Positions 29,701 through 44,300 of a stretch of DNA of 64,000 bases are shown piece after piece (the stretch's first letter is position 1; each line of letters starts with the position of its first letter). The DNA is from Eledone cirrhosa (Eukaryota), in NCBI GenBank assembly GCA_964016885.1, contig OZ024740.1, forward strand, positions 415,710,001 to 415,774,000. The letters are read 5' to 3'. The notes beneath the pieces are model-generated. The model had not been told where the DNA came from, did no database searches, and saw only the letters and a program-made list of their open reading frames with translations. A program made the translations under genes and the position numbers.

Positions 29701-30200
29701 ATATGTTGTGTATGGGGGATGACAGTGAATCAGATATAGAGTGTAAGAGAGAACACTGTGGGTATGGACATATGTTGTGTATGGGGGATGACAGTGAATC
29801 AGATATAGTGTGTAAGAGAGAACACTGTGGGTATGGACATATGTTGTGCATGGTGGATGACAGTGAATCAGATATAGTGTGTAAGAGAGAACACTGTGGG
29901 TATGGACATATGTTGTGTATGGGGGAAGACAGTGAATCAGATATAGAGTGTAAGAGAGAACACTGTGGGTATGGACATATGTTGTGTATGGGGGAAGACA
30001 GTGAATCAGATATAGAGTGTAAGAGAGAACACTGTGAGTATGGACATATGTTGTGTATGGGGCATGACAGTGAATCAGATATAGTGTGTAAGAGAGAACA
30101 CTGTGGGTATGGACATATGTTGTGTATGGGGGATGACAGTGAATCAGATATAGTGTGTAAGAGAGAACACTGTGGGTATGGACATATGTTGTGTATGGTG
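20800..30200. repeat. Three tandem copies of a ~41-monomer (2828 bp) block; the middle copy carries an extra 12-monomer (828 bp) duplication
   Basis: The private monomer GACATTGAATCAGATATAGTGGGTAAGAGAGAAGACTGAG occurs at 23168, 25996, 26824 and 29652 (spacings 2828, 828, 2828). The 68-bp landmark monomer occurs at 21230, 24058 and 27714. Confidence 0.9.
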
Positions 30201-33200
30201 GTTGACAGTGATTCAGATATAGTGTGTAAGAGAGAACACTGTGGGTATGGACATATGTTGTGTATGGTGGATGACAGTGAATCAGATATAGTGTGTACGA
30301 GAGAACACTGTGGGTATGGACATATGTTGTGTATGGGGGAAGACAGTGAATCAGATATAGAGTGTAAGAGAGAACACTGTGGGTATGGACATATGTTGTG
30401 TATGGGCGATGACAGTGAATCAGATATAGTGTGTAACAGGGAACACTGTGGGTATGGACATATGTTGTGTATGGGGGATGACAGTGAATCAGATATAGTG
30501 TGTAAGAGAGAACACTGTGCGTATGGACATATGTTGTGCATGATGGATGACAGTGAATCAGATATAGTGTGTAAGAGAGAACACTGTTGGTATGGACATA
30601 TGTTGTGTATGGGGGAAGACAGTGAATCAGATATAGAGTATAAGAGAGAACACTGTGGGTATGGACATATGTTGTGTATGGGGGATGACAGTGAATCAGA
30701 TATAGTGTGTAAGAGAGAACACTGTGGGTATGGACATATGTTGTGTATGGGGGATGACAGTGAATCAGATATATAGTGTAAGAGAGAACACTGTGGGTAT
30801 GGACATATGTTGTGTATGGGGGATGACAGTGAATCAGATATAGAGTGTAAGAGAGAACACTGTGGGTATGGACATATGTTGTGTATGGGGGATGACAGTG
30901 AATCAGATATAGTGTGTAAGAGAGAACACTAAGGGTATGGACATATGTTGTGTATGGGGGATGACAGTGAATCAGATATAGTGTGTAAGAGAGAACACTG
31001 AGGGTATGGACATATGTTGTGTATTGGGGATGACAGTGAATCAGATATAGAGTGTAAGAGAGAACACTGTGGGTATGGACATATGTTGTGTATGGGGGAT
31101 GACAGTGAATCAGATATAGTGTGTAAGAGAGAACACTGTGGGTATGGACATATGTTGTGTATGTGGGAAGACAGTGAATCAGATATAGAGTGTAAGAGAG
31201 AACACTGTGGGTATGGACATATGTTGTGTATGGGGGAAGAGAGTGAATCAGATATAGAGTGTAAGAGAGAACACTGTGGGTATTGACACATGTTGTGTAT
31301 GGGGGATGACAGTGAATCAGATATAGTGTGTAAGAGAGTACACTGTGGGTATGGACTTATGTTGTGTATGGGGGATGACAGTGAATCAAATATAGTGTGT
31401 AAGAGAGAACACTGTGGGTATGGAAATATGTTGTGTATGGGGGAAGACAGTGAATCAGATATAGTGTGTAAGAGAGATCACTGTGGGTATGGACATATGT
31501 TGTGCATGGTGGATGACGATGAATCAGATATAGTGTGTAAGAGAGAACACTGTGGGTATGAACATATGTTGTGTATGGGGGATGACAGTGAATCAGATAT
31601 AGTGTGTAAGAGAGAACACTGTGGGTATGGGCATATGTTGTGCATGATGGATGACAGTGAATCAGATATAGTGTATAAGAGAGAACACTGTGGGTATGGA
31701 CATATGTTGTGTATGGGGGATGACAGTGAATCAGATATAGTGTGTAAGAGAGAACACTGTGGGTATGGACATATGTTGTGTATGGGGGAAGACAGTGAAT
31801 CAGATATAGAGTGTAAGAGAGAACACTGTGGGTATGGACATATGTTGTGTATGGGGGAAGACAGTGAATCAGATATAGTGTGTAAGAGAGAACACTGTGG
31901 GTATGGACATATGTTGTGTATGGGGGAAGACAGTGAATCAGATATAGAGTGTAAGAGAGAACACTGTGGGTATGGACATATTTTGTGTATGGGGTATGAC
32001 AGTGAATCAGATATAGAGTGTAAGAGAGAACACTGTGCGTATGGACATATGTTGTGTATGGGGGATGACAGTGAATCAGATATAGTGTGTAAGAGAGAAC
32101 ACTGTGGGTATGGACATATGTTGTGTATGGGGGATGACAGTGAATCAGATATAGTGTGTAAGAGAGAACACTGTTGGTATGGACATATGTTGTGTATGGG
32201 GGATGACAGTGAATAAGATATAGTGTGTAAGAGAGAACACTGTGGGTATGGACATATGTTGTGTATGGGGGATGACAGTGAATCAGATACAGTGTGAAAG
32301 AGAGAACACTGTGGGTATGGACATATGTTGTGTATGGGCGATGACAGTGAATCAGATATAGTGTGTAAGAGAGAACACTGTGGGAATGGACATATCTTGT
32401 GTATGGGGGATGAGAGTGAATCAGATATAGTGTGTAAGAGAGAACACTGTGGGTATGGACATATGTTGTGTATGGGGGAAGACAGTGAATCAGATATAGA
32501 GTGTAAGAGAGAACACTGTGGGTATGGACATATGTTGTGTATGGGGGAAGACAGTGAATCAGATATAGAGTGTAAGAGAGAACACTGTGGGTATGGACAT
32601 ATGTTGTGTATGGGGCATGACAGTGAATCAGATATAGTGTGTAAGAGAGAACACTGTGGGTATGGACATATGTTGTGTATGGGGGAAGACAGTGAATCAG
32701 ATATAGAGTGTAAGAGAGAACACTGTGGGTATGGACATATGTTGTGTATGGGGCATGACAGTGAATCAGATATAGTGTGTAAGAGAGAACACTGTGGGTA
32801 TGGACATATGTTGTGTATGGGGGATGACAGTGAATCAGATACAGTGTGAAAGAGAGAACACTGTGGGTATGGACATATGTTGTGTATGGTGGATGACAGT
32901 GAATCAGATATAGTGTGTACGAGAGAACACTGTGGGTATGGACATATGTTGTGTATGGGAGATGACAGTGAATCAGATATAGTGTGTAAGAGAGATCACT
33001 GTGGGTATGGACATATGTTGTGCATGGTGGATGACAGTGAATCAGATATAGTGTGTAAGAGAGAACACTGTGGGTATGGACATATGTTGTGTATGGGGGA
33101 TGACAGTGAATCAGATATAGTGTGTAAGAGAGAACACTGTGGGTATGGACATATGTTGTGCATGATGGATGACAGTGAATCAGATATAGTGTGTAAGAGA

Positions 33201-33819
33201 GAACACTGTGGGTATGGACATATGTTGTGTATGGGGGAAGACAGTCAATCAGATATAGAGTGTAAGAGAGAACACTGTGGGTATGGACATATGTTGTGTA
33301 TGGGGGATGACAGTGAATCAGATATAGTGTGTAAGAGAGAACACTGTGGGTATGGACATATGTTGTGTATAGGGGATGACAGTGAATCAGATATAGTGTG
33401 TAAGAGAGAACACTGTGGGTATGGACATATGTGGTGTATGGGGGATGACAGTGAATCAGATATAGTGTGTAAGAGAGAACACTGTGGGTATGGACATATG
33501 TTGTGTATGGGGGAAGACAGTGAATCAGATATAGAGTGTAAGAGAGAACACTGTGGGTATGGACATATGTTGTGTATGGGGGAAGACAGTGAATCAGATA
33601 TAGTGTGTAAGAGAGAACACTGTGGGTATGGACATATGTTGTGTATGGGGGAAGACAGTGAATCAGATATAGAGTGTAAGAGAGAACACTGTGGGTATGG
33701 ACATATGTTGTGTATGGGGGATGACAGTGAATCAGATATAGAGTGTAAGAGAGAACACTGTGGGTATGGACATATGTTGTGTATGGGGGATGACAGTGAA
33801 TCAGATATAGTGTGTAAGA

Positions 33820-35480
33820 GAGAACACTGAGGGTATGGACATATGTTGTGTATGGGGGATGACAGTGAATCAGATATAGTGTGTAAGAGAGAACACTGAG
33901 GGTATGGACATATGTTGTGTATGGGGGATGACAGTGAATCAGATATAGAGTGTAAGAGAGAACACTGTGGGTATGGACATATGTTGTGTATGGGGGATGA
34001 CAGCGAATCAAATATAGTGTGTAAGAGAGAACACTGTGGGTATGGACATATGTTGTGTATGGGGGATGACAGTGAATCAGATATAGAATGTAAGAGAGAA
34101 CACTGTGGGTATGGACATATGTTGTGTATGGGGGATGACAGTGAATCAGATATAGAGTGTAAGAGAGAACACTGTGGGTATGGACATATGTTGTGTATGG
34201 GGGATGACAGTGTATCAGATATAGTGTGTAAGAGAGAACACTGTGGGTATGGACATATGTTGTGTATGGGGGATGACAGTGAATCAGATATAGTGTGTAA
34301 GAGAGAACACTGTGGGTATGGACATATGTTGTGCATGGTGGATGACAGTGAATCAGATATAGAGTGTAAGAGAGAACACTGTGGGTATGGACATATGTTG
34401 TGTATGGGGGAAGACAGTGAATCAGATATAGAGTGTAAGAGAGAACACTGTGGGTATGGACATATGTTGTGTATGGGGGAAGAGAGTGAATCAGATATAG
34501 AGTGTAAGAGAGAACACTGTGGGTATGGACATATGTTGTGTATGGGGCATGACAGTGAATCAGATATAGTGTGTAAGAGAGAACACTGTGGGTATGGACA
34601 TATGTTGTGTATGGGGGATGACAGTGAACCAGATACAGTGTGTAAGAGAGAACACTGAGGATATGGACCTATGTTGTGTATGGGGGATGACAGTGAATCA
34701 GATATAGTGTGTAAGAAAGGACACTGAGGGTATGGACATATGTTGTGTATGGGGGATGACAGTGAATCAGATATAGAGTGTAAGAGAGAACACTGTGGGT
34801 ATGGACATATGTTGTGTATGGGGGATGACAGCGAATCAGATATAGTGTGTAAGAGAGAACACTGTGGGTATGGACATATGTTGTGTATGGGGGATGACAG
34901 TGAATCAGATATAGAATGTAAGAGAGAACACTGTGGGTATGGACATATGTTGTGTATGGGGGATGACAGTGAATCAGATATAGAGTGTAAGAGAGAACAC
35001 TGTGGGTATGGACATATGTTGTGTATGGGGGATGACAGTGTATCAGATATAGTGTGTAAGAGAGAACACTGTGGGTATGGACATATGTTGTGTATGGGGG
35101 ATGACAGTGAATCAGATATAGTGTGTAAGAGAGAACACTGTGGGTATGGACATATGTTGTGCATGGTGGATGACAGTGAATCAGATATAGCGTGTAAGAG
35201 AGAACACTGTGGGTATGGACATATGTTGTGTATGGGGGAAGACAGTGAATCAGATATAGAGTGTAAGAGAGAACACTGTGGGTATGGACATATGTTGTGT
35301 ATGGGGGAAGAGAGTGAATCAGATATAGAGTGTAAGAGAGAACACTGTGGGTATGGACATATGTTGTGTATGGGGCATGACAGTGAATCAGATATAGTGT
35401 GTAAGAGAGAACACTGTGGGTATGGACATATGTTGTGTATGGGGGATGACAGTGAATCAGATACAGTGTGTAAGAGAGAT
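33820..35480. repeat. Tandem 12-monomer (828 bp) duplication
   Basis: Private variants CAGCGAATC (34001/34829), ATAGAATG (34083/34911) and GTGTATCAG (34210/35038) all recur at offset 828. Confidence 0.88.
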
Positions 35481-35499
35481 CACTGTGGGTATGGACATA

Positions 35500-37900
35500 T
35501 GTTGTGTATGGGGGATGACAGTGAATAAGATATAGTGTGTAAGAGAGAACACTGTGGGTATGGAGATATGTGTGTATGGGGGATGACAGTAAATCAGATA
35601 TAGAGTGTAAGAGAGAACACTGTGGGTATGGACATATGTTGCGTATGGGGGATGACAGTAAATCAGATATAGTGTGTAAGAGAGAACACTGTGGGTATAG
35701 ACATATGTTGTGTATGGGGGATGACATCAGATATAGTGTGTAAGAGAGAACAGTGTGGGTATGGACATATGTTGTGTATGGGGGATGACAGTGAATCAGA
35801 TATAGTGTGTAAGAGAGAACACTGTGGGTATGGACATATGTTGTGTATGGGGGATGACAGTGAATCAGATATAGTGTGTAAGAGAGAATACTGTGGGTAT
35901 GGACATATGTTGTGTATGGGGGATGACAGTAAATCAGATATAGAGTGTAAGAGAGAACACTGTGGGTATGGACATATGTTGTGTATGGGGATGACAGTGA
36001 ATAAGATATAGTGTGTAAGAGAGAACACTGTGGGGATGGACATATGTTGTGTATGGGGGATGACAGTGAATCAGATATAGTGTGTAAGAGAGAACACTGT
36101 GGGTATGGACATATGTTGTGTATGGGGGATGACAGTGAATCAGATATAGTATGTAAGAGAGAACACTGTGGGTTTGGACATATGTTGTGTATGGGGGATG
36201 ACAGTGAATCAGATATAGTGTGTAAGAGAGAAAACTGTGGGTATGGACATATGTTGTGTATGGGGGATGACAGTGAATCAGATATAGTGTGTAAGAGAGA
36301 ACACTGTGGGTATGGACACATGTTGTGTATGGGGGAAGACAGTGAATCAGATATAGTGTGTAAGAGTGAACACTGTCGGTATGGACATATGTTGTGTATG
36401 GGGGAAGACAGTGAATCATATATAGAGTGTAAGAGAGAACACTGTGGGTATGGACATATGTTGTGTATGGGGGAAGACAGTGAATCAGATATAGAGTATA
36501 AGAGAGAACACTGTGGGTATGGACATATGTTGTGTATGGGGGATGACAGTGAATCAGATACAGTGTGAAAGAGAGAACACTGTGGGTATGGACATATGTT
36601 GTGTATGGTGGATGACAGTGAATCAGATATAGTGTGTACGAGAGAACACTGTGGGTATGGACATATGTTGTGTATGGGGGAAGACAGTGAATCAGATATA
36701 GAGTGTAAGAGAGAACACTGTGGGTATGGACATATGTTGTGTATGGGCGATGACAGTGAATCAGATATAGTGTGTAAGAGAGAACACTGTGGGTATGGAC
36801 ATATGTTGTGTATGGGGGATGACAGTGAATCAGATATAGTGTGTAAGAGAGAACACTGTGGGTATGGACATATGTTGTGTATGGGGGATGACAGTGAATC
36901 AGATATTGTGTGTAAGAGAGAACACTGTGGGTATGGACATATGTTGTGTATGGGGCATGACAGTGAATCAGATATAGTATGTAAGAGAGAACACTGTGGC
37001 TATGGACATATGTTGTGTATGGGGGATGACAGTAAATCAGATATAGAGTGTAAGAGAGAACACTGTGGGTATGGACATATGTTGTGTATGGGGGATGACA
37101 GTGAATCAGATATTGTGTGTAAGAGAGAACACTGTGGGTATGGACATATGTTGTGTATGGGGGATGACAGTGAATCAGATATAGTATGTACGAGAGAACA
37201 CTGTGGGTATGGACATATGTTGTGTATGGGGGATGACAGTAAATCAGATATAGAGTGTAAGAGAGAACACTGTGGGTATGTACATATGTTGTGTATGGGG
37301 GATGACAGTAATTCAGATATAGAGTGTAAGAGAGAACACTGTGGGTATGGACATATGTTGTGTATGGGGGATGACAGTGAATCAGATATAGTGTGTAAGA
37401 GAGAACACTGTGGGTATGGACATATGTTGTGTATGGGGGATGACAGTGAATCAGATATAGTGTGTAAGAGAGAACACTGTGGGTATGGACATATGTTGTG
37501 TATGGGGGATGACAGTGAATCAGATATAGTGTGTAAGAGAGAACACTCTGGGTATGGACATATGTTGTGTATGGGGGATGACAGTTAATCAGATATAGTG
37601 TGTAAGAGAGAACACTGTGGGTATGGACATATATTGTGTATGAGGGATGACAGTAAATCAGATATAGTGTGTAAGAGAGAACACTGTGGGTATGGACATA
37701 TGTTGTGTATGGGGGATGACAGGGAATCGGATATAGTGTGTAAGAGAGAACACTGTGGGTATGGACATATGTTGTGTATGGGGGATGACAGTGAATCAGA
37801 TATAGTGTGTAAGAGAGAACACTGTGGGTATGGACATATGTTGTGTATGGGGGATGACAGTGGATCAAATATAGTGTGTAAGAGAGAACACTGTGGGTAT
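35500..37900. repeat. Most diverged segment of the array, single-copy in this window
   Basis: It contains a 1-bp deletion at ~35570, a 5-bp deletion (GTGAA) at ~35726, a G deletion at ~35990 and many variants rare or absent elsewhere (AGTAAATC, GATATTG, ATAGTATG, AGTGAACACTGTCGG, ACAGGGAATCGG). There is an internal 3-monomer (207 bp) repeat at ~36900-37290. Confidence 0.8.
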
Positions 37901-38399
37901 GGACATATGTTGTGTATGGGGGATGACAGTGAATCAGATATAGTGTGTAAGAGAGAACACTGTGGGTATGGACATATGTTGTGTATGGTGGTTGACAGTG
38001 AATCAGATATAGTGTGTAAGAGAGAACACTGTGGGTATGGACATATGTTGTGTATGGGGGATGACAGTGAATCAAATATAGTGTGTAAGAGAGAACACTC
38101 TGGGTATAGACATATGTTGTGTATGGGGGATGACAGTGAATCAGATATAGTGTGTAAGAGAGAACACTGTGGGTATGGACATATGTTGTGTATGGGGGAT
38201 GACAGTGAATCAGATATAGTGTGTAAGAGAGAACACTGTGGGTATGGACATATGTTGTGCATGGTGGATGACAGTGAATCAGATATAGTGTGTAAGAGAG
38301 AACACTGTGGGTATGGACATATGTTGTGTATGGGGGATGACAGTGAATCAGATATAGTGTGTAAGAGAGAACACTGTGGGTATGGACATATGTTGTGCA

Positions 38400-41300
38400 T
38401 GGTGGATGACAGTGAATCAGATATAGTGTGTAAGAGAGAACACTGTGGGTATGGACATATGTTGTGTATGGGGGAAGACAGTGAATCAGATATAGAGTGT
38501 AAGAGAGAACACTCTGGGTATGGACATATGTTGTGTATGGGGGAAGACAGTGAATCAGATATAGAGTGTAAGAGAGAACACTGTGGGTATGGACATATGT
38601 TGTGTATGGGGCATGACAGTGAATCAGATATAGTGTGTAAGAGAGAACACTGTGGGTATGGACATATGTTGTGTATGGGGGATGACAGTGAATCAGATAC
38701 AGTGTGAAAGAGAGAACACTGTGGGTATGGACATATGTTGTGTATGGTGGATGACAGTGAATCAGATATAGTGTGTACGAGAGAACACTGTGGGTATGGA
38801 CATATGTTGTGTATGGGGGAAGACAGTGAATCAGATATAGAGTGTAAGAGAGAACACTGTGGGTATGGACATATGTTGTGTATGGGCGATGACAGTGAAT
38901 CAGATATAGTGTGTAAGAGAGAACACTGTGGGTATGGACATATGTTGTGTATGGGGGATGACAGTGAATCAGATATAGTGTGTAAGAGAGAACACTGTGG
39001 GTATGGACATATGTTGTGTATGGGGGAAGACAGTGAATCAGATATAGAGTGTAAGAGAGAACACTGTGGGTATGGACATATGTTGTGTATGGGGGATGAC
39101 AGTGAATCAGATATAGTGTGTAAGAGAGAACACTGTGGGTATGGACATATGTTGTGTATGGGGGATGACAGTGAATCAGATATAGTGTGTAAGAGAGAAC
39201 ACTGTGGGTATGGACATATGTTGTGCATGGTGGATGACAGTGAATCAGATATAGTGTGTAAGAGAGAACACTGTGGGTATGGACATATGTTGTGTATGGG
39301 GGATGACAGTGAATCAGATATAGTGTGTAAGAGAGAACACTGTGGGTATGGACATATGTTGTGTATGGGGGAAGACAGTGAATCAGATATAGAGTGTAAG
39401 AGAGAACACTGTGGGTATGGACATATGTTGTGTATGGGGGATGACAGTGAATCAGATATAGTGTGTAAGAGAGAACACTGTGGGTATGGACATATGTTGT
39501 GTATGGGGGATGACAGTGAATCAGATATAGTGTGGAAGAGAGAACACTGTGGGTATGGACATATGTTGTGTATGGGGGATGACAGTGAATCAGATATAGT
39601 GTGTAAGAGAGAACACTGTGGGTATGGACATATGTTGTGTATGGGGGAAGACAGTGAATCAGATATAGTGTGTAAGAGAGAACACTGTGGGTATGGACAT
39701 ATGTTGTGTATGGTGGAAGACAGTGAATCAGATATATAGTGTAAGAGAGAACACTGTGGGTATGGACATATGTTGTGTATGGGGGATGACAGTGAATCAG
39801 ATATAGTGTGTAAGAGAGAACACTGAGGGTATGGACATATGTTGTGTATGGGGGATGACAGTGAATCAGATATAGTGTGTAAGAGAGAACACTGAGGGTA
39901 TGGAAATATGTTGTGTATGGGGGATGAGAGTGAATCAGATATAGAGTGTAACAGAGAACACTGTGGGTATGGACATATGTTGTGTATGGGGGATGACAGT
40001 GAATCAGATATAGTGTGTAAGAGAGAACACTGTGGGTATGGACATATGTTGTGCATGGTGGATGACAGTGAATCAGATATAGTGTGTAAGAGAGAACACT
40101 GTGGGTATGGACATATGTTGTGTATGTGGGATGACAGTGAATCAAATATAGTGTGTAAGAGAGAACACTGTGGGTATGGACATATGTTGTGTATGGGGGA
40201 TGACAGTGAATCACATATAGTGTGTAAGAGAGAACACTGTGGGTATGGACATATGTTGTGTATGGGGGATGACAGTGAATCAAATATAGTGTGTAAGAGA
40301 GAACACTGTGGGTATGGACATATGTTGTGTATGGGGGATGACAGTGAATCAGATATAGTGTGTAAGAGAGAACACTGTGGGTATGGACATATGTTGTGTA
40401 TGGTGGTTGACAGTGAATCAGATATAGTGTGTAAGAGAGAACACTGTGGGTATGGACATATGTTGTGTATGGTGGATGACAGTGACTCAGATATAGTGTG
40501 TAAGAGAGAACACTGTGGGTATGGACATATGTTGTGTATGGGGGAAGACAGTGAATCAGATATAGAGGGTAAGAGAGAACACTGTGGGTATGGACATATG
40601 TTGTGTATGGGGGATGACAGTGAATCAGATACAGTGTGAAAGAGAGAACACTGTGCGTATGGACATATGTTGTGTATGGGGGAAGACAGTGAATCAGATA
40701 TAGAGTGTAAGAGAGAACACTGTGGGTATGGACATATGTTGTGTATGGGCGATGACAGTGAATCAGATATAGTGTGTAAGAGAGAACACTGTGGGTATGG
40801 ACATATGTTGTGTATGGGGGAAGACAGTGAATCAGAAATAGAGTGTAAGAGAGAACACTGTGGGTATGGACATATGTTGTGTATGGGCGATGACAGTGAA
40901 TCAAATATAGTGTGTAAGAGAGAACACTGTGGGTATGGACATATGTTGTGTATGGGGGATGACAGTGAATCAGATATAGTGTGTAAGAGAGAACACTGTG
41001 CGTATGGACATATGTTGTGCATGATGGATGACAGTGAATCAGATATAGTGTGTAAGAGAGAACACTGTGGGTATGGACATATGTTGTGTATGGGGGAAGA
41101 CAGTGAATCAGATATAGAGTGTAAGAGAGAACACTGTGGGTATGGACATATGTTGTGTATGGGGGATGACAGTGAATCAGATATAGTGTGTAAGAGAGAA
41201 CACTGTGGGTAATGAACATATGTTGTGTATGGGGGATGACAGTGAATCAGATATAGTGTGTAAGAGAGAACACTGTGGGTATGGACATATGTTGTGTATG

Positions 41301-44300
41301 GGGGATGACAGTGAATCAGATATAGTGTGTAAGAGAGAACACTGTGCGTATGGACATATGTTTTGTATGGGGGAAGACAGTGAATCAGATATAGTGTGTA
41401 AGAGAGAACACTGTGGGTATGGACATATGTTGTGTATGGTGGAAGACAGTGAATCAGATATATAGTGTAAGAGAGAACACTGTGGATATGGACATATGTT
41501 GTGTATGGGGGATGACAGTGAATCAGATATAGAGTGTAAGAGAGAACACTGTGGGTATGGACATATGTTGTGTATGTGGGAAGACAGTGAATCAGATATA
41601 GAGTGTAAGAGAGAACACTGTGGGTATGGACATATGTTGTGTATGGGGGAAGAGAGTGAATCAGATATAGAGTGTAAGAGAGAACACTGTGGGTATGGAC
41701 ATATGTTGTGTATGGGGGATGACAGTGAATCAGATATAGTGTGTAAGAGAGAACACTGTGGGTATGGACATATGTTGTGTATGGGGGATGACAGTGAATC
41801 AGATATAGTGTGTAAGAGAGAACACTGTGGGTATGGACATATGTTGTGTATGGTGGTTGACAGTGAATCAGATATAGTGTGTAAGAGAGAACACTGTGGG
41901 TATGGACATATGTTGTGTATGGGGGATGACAGTGAATCAAATATAGTGTGTAAGAGAGAACACTGTGGGTATGGACATATGTTGTGTATGGGGGATGACA
42001 GTGAATCAGATATAGTGTGTAAGAGAGAACACTGTGGGTATGGACATATGTTGTGTATGGGGGATGACAGTGAATCAAATATAGTGTGTGAGAGAAAACA
42101 CTGTGGGTATGGACATATGTTGTGTATGGGGGATGACAGTGAATCAGATATAGTGTGTAAGAGAGAACACTGTGGGTATGGACATATGTTGTGTATGGGG
42201 ATGACAGTGAATCAAATATAGTGTGTAAGAGAGAACACTGTGGGTATGGACATATGTTGTGTATGGGGGATGACAGTGAATCAGATATAGTGTGTAAGAG
42301 AGAACACTGTGGGTATGGACATATGTTGTGTATGGTGGTTGACAGTGAATCAGATATAGTGTGTAAGAGAGAACACTGTGGGTATGGACATATGTTGTGT
42401 ATGGTGGATGACAGTGACTCAGATATAGTGTGTAAGAGAGAACACTGTGGGTATGGACATATGTTGTGTATGGGGGAAGACAGTGAATCAGATATAGAGT
42501 GTAAGAGAGAACACTGTGGGTATGGACATATGTTGTGTATGGGCGATGACAGTGAATCAGATATAGTGTGTAAGAGAGATCACTGTGTGTATGGACATAT
42601 GTTGTGCATGGTGGATTACGGTGAATCAGATATAGTGTGTAAGAGAGAACACTGTGGGTATGAACATATGTTGTGTATGGGGGATGACAGTGAATCAGAT
42701 ATAGTGTGTAAGAGAGAACACTGTGGTTATGGGCATATGTTGTGCATGATGGATGACAGTGAATCAGATATAGTGTATAAGAGAGAACACTGTGGGTATG
42801 GACATATGTTGTGTATGGGGGATGACAGTGAATCAGATATAGTGTGTAAGAGAGAACACTGTGGGTATGGACATATGTTGTGTATGGGGAAGACAGTGAA
42901 TCAGATATAGAGTGTAAGAGAGAACACTGTGGGTATGGACATATGTTGTGTATGGGGGAAGACAGTGAGTCAGATATAGTGTGTAAGAGAGAACACTGTG
43001 GGTATGGACATATGTTGTGTATGGGGGAAGACAGTGAATCAGATATAGAGTGTAAGAGAGAACACTGTGGGTATGGAGATATTTTGTGTATGGGGTATGA
43101 CAGTGAATCAGATATAGAGTGTAAGAGAGAACACTGTGGGTATGGACATATGTTGTGTATGGGGGATGACAGTGAATCAGATATAGTGTGTAAGAGAGAG
43201 CACTGTGGGTATGGACATATGTTGTGTATGGGAGATGACAGTGAATCAGATATAGTGTGTAAGAGAGAACACTGTGGGTATGGACATATGTTGTGTATGG
43301 GGGATGACAGTGAATCAGATATAGTGTGTAAGAGAGAACACTGTGGGTATGGACATATGTTGTGCATGGTGGATGACAGTGAATCAGATATAGTGTGTAA
43401 GAGAGAACACTGTGGGTATGGACATATATTGTGCATGGTGGATGACAGTGAATCAGATATAGTGTGTAAGAGAGAACACTGTGGGTATGGACATATGTTG
43501 TGTATGGGGGAAGACAGTGAATCAGATATAGAGTGTAAGAGAGAACACTCTGGGTATGGACATATGTTGTGTATGGGGGAAGACAGTGAATCAGATATAG
43601 AGTGTAAGAGAGAACACTGTGGGTATGGACATATGTTGTGTATGGGGCATGACAGTGAATCAGATATAGTGTGTAAGAGAGAACACTGTGGGTATGGACA
43701 TATGTTGTGTATGGGGGATGACAGTGAATCAGATACAGTGTGAAAGAGAGAACACTGTGGGTATGGACATATGTTGTGTATGGTGGATGACAGTGAATCA
43801 GATATAGTGTGTACGAGAGAACACTGTGGGTATGGACATATGTTGTGTATGGGGGAAGACAGTGAATCAGATATAGAGTGTAAGAGAGAACACTGTGGGT
43901 ATGGACATATGTTGTGTATGGGCGATGACAGTGAATCAGATATAGTGTGTAAGAGAGAACACTGTGGGTATGGACATATGTTGTGTATGGGGGATGACAG
44001 TGAATCAGATATAGTGTGTAAGAGAGAACACTGTGGGTATGGACATATGTTGTGTATGGGGGAAGACAGTGAATCAGATATAGAGTGTAAGAGAGAACAC
44101 TGTGGGTATGGACATATGTTGTGTATGGGGGATGACAGTGAATCAGATATAGTGTGTAAGAGAGAACACTGTGGGTATGGACATATGTTGTGTATGGGGG
44201 ATGACAGTGAATCAGATATAGTGTGTAAGAGAGAACACTGTGGGTATGGACATATGTTGTGCATGGTGGATGACAGTGAATCAGATATAGTGTGTAAGAG

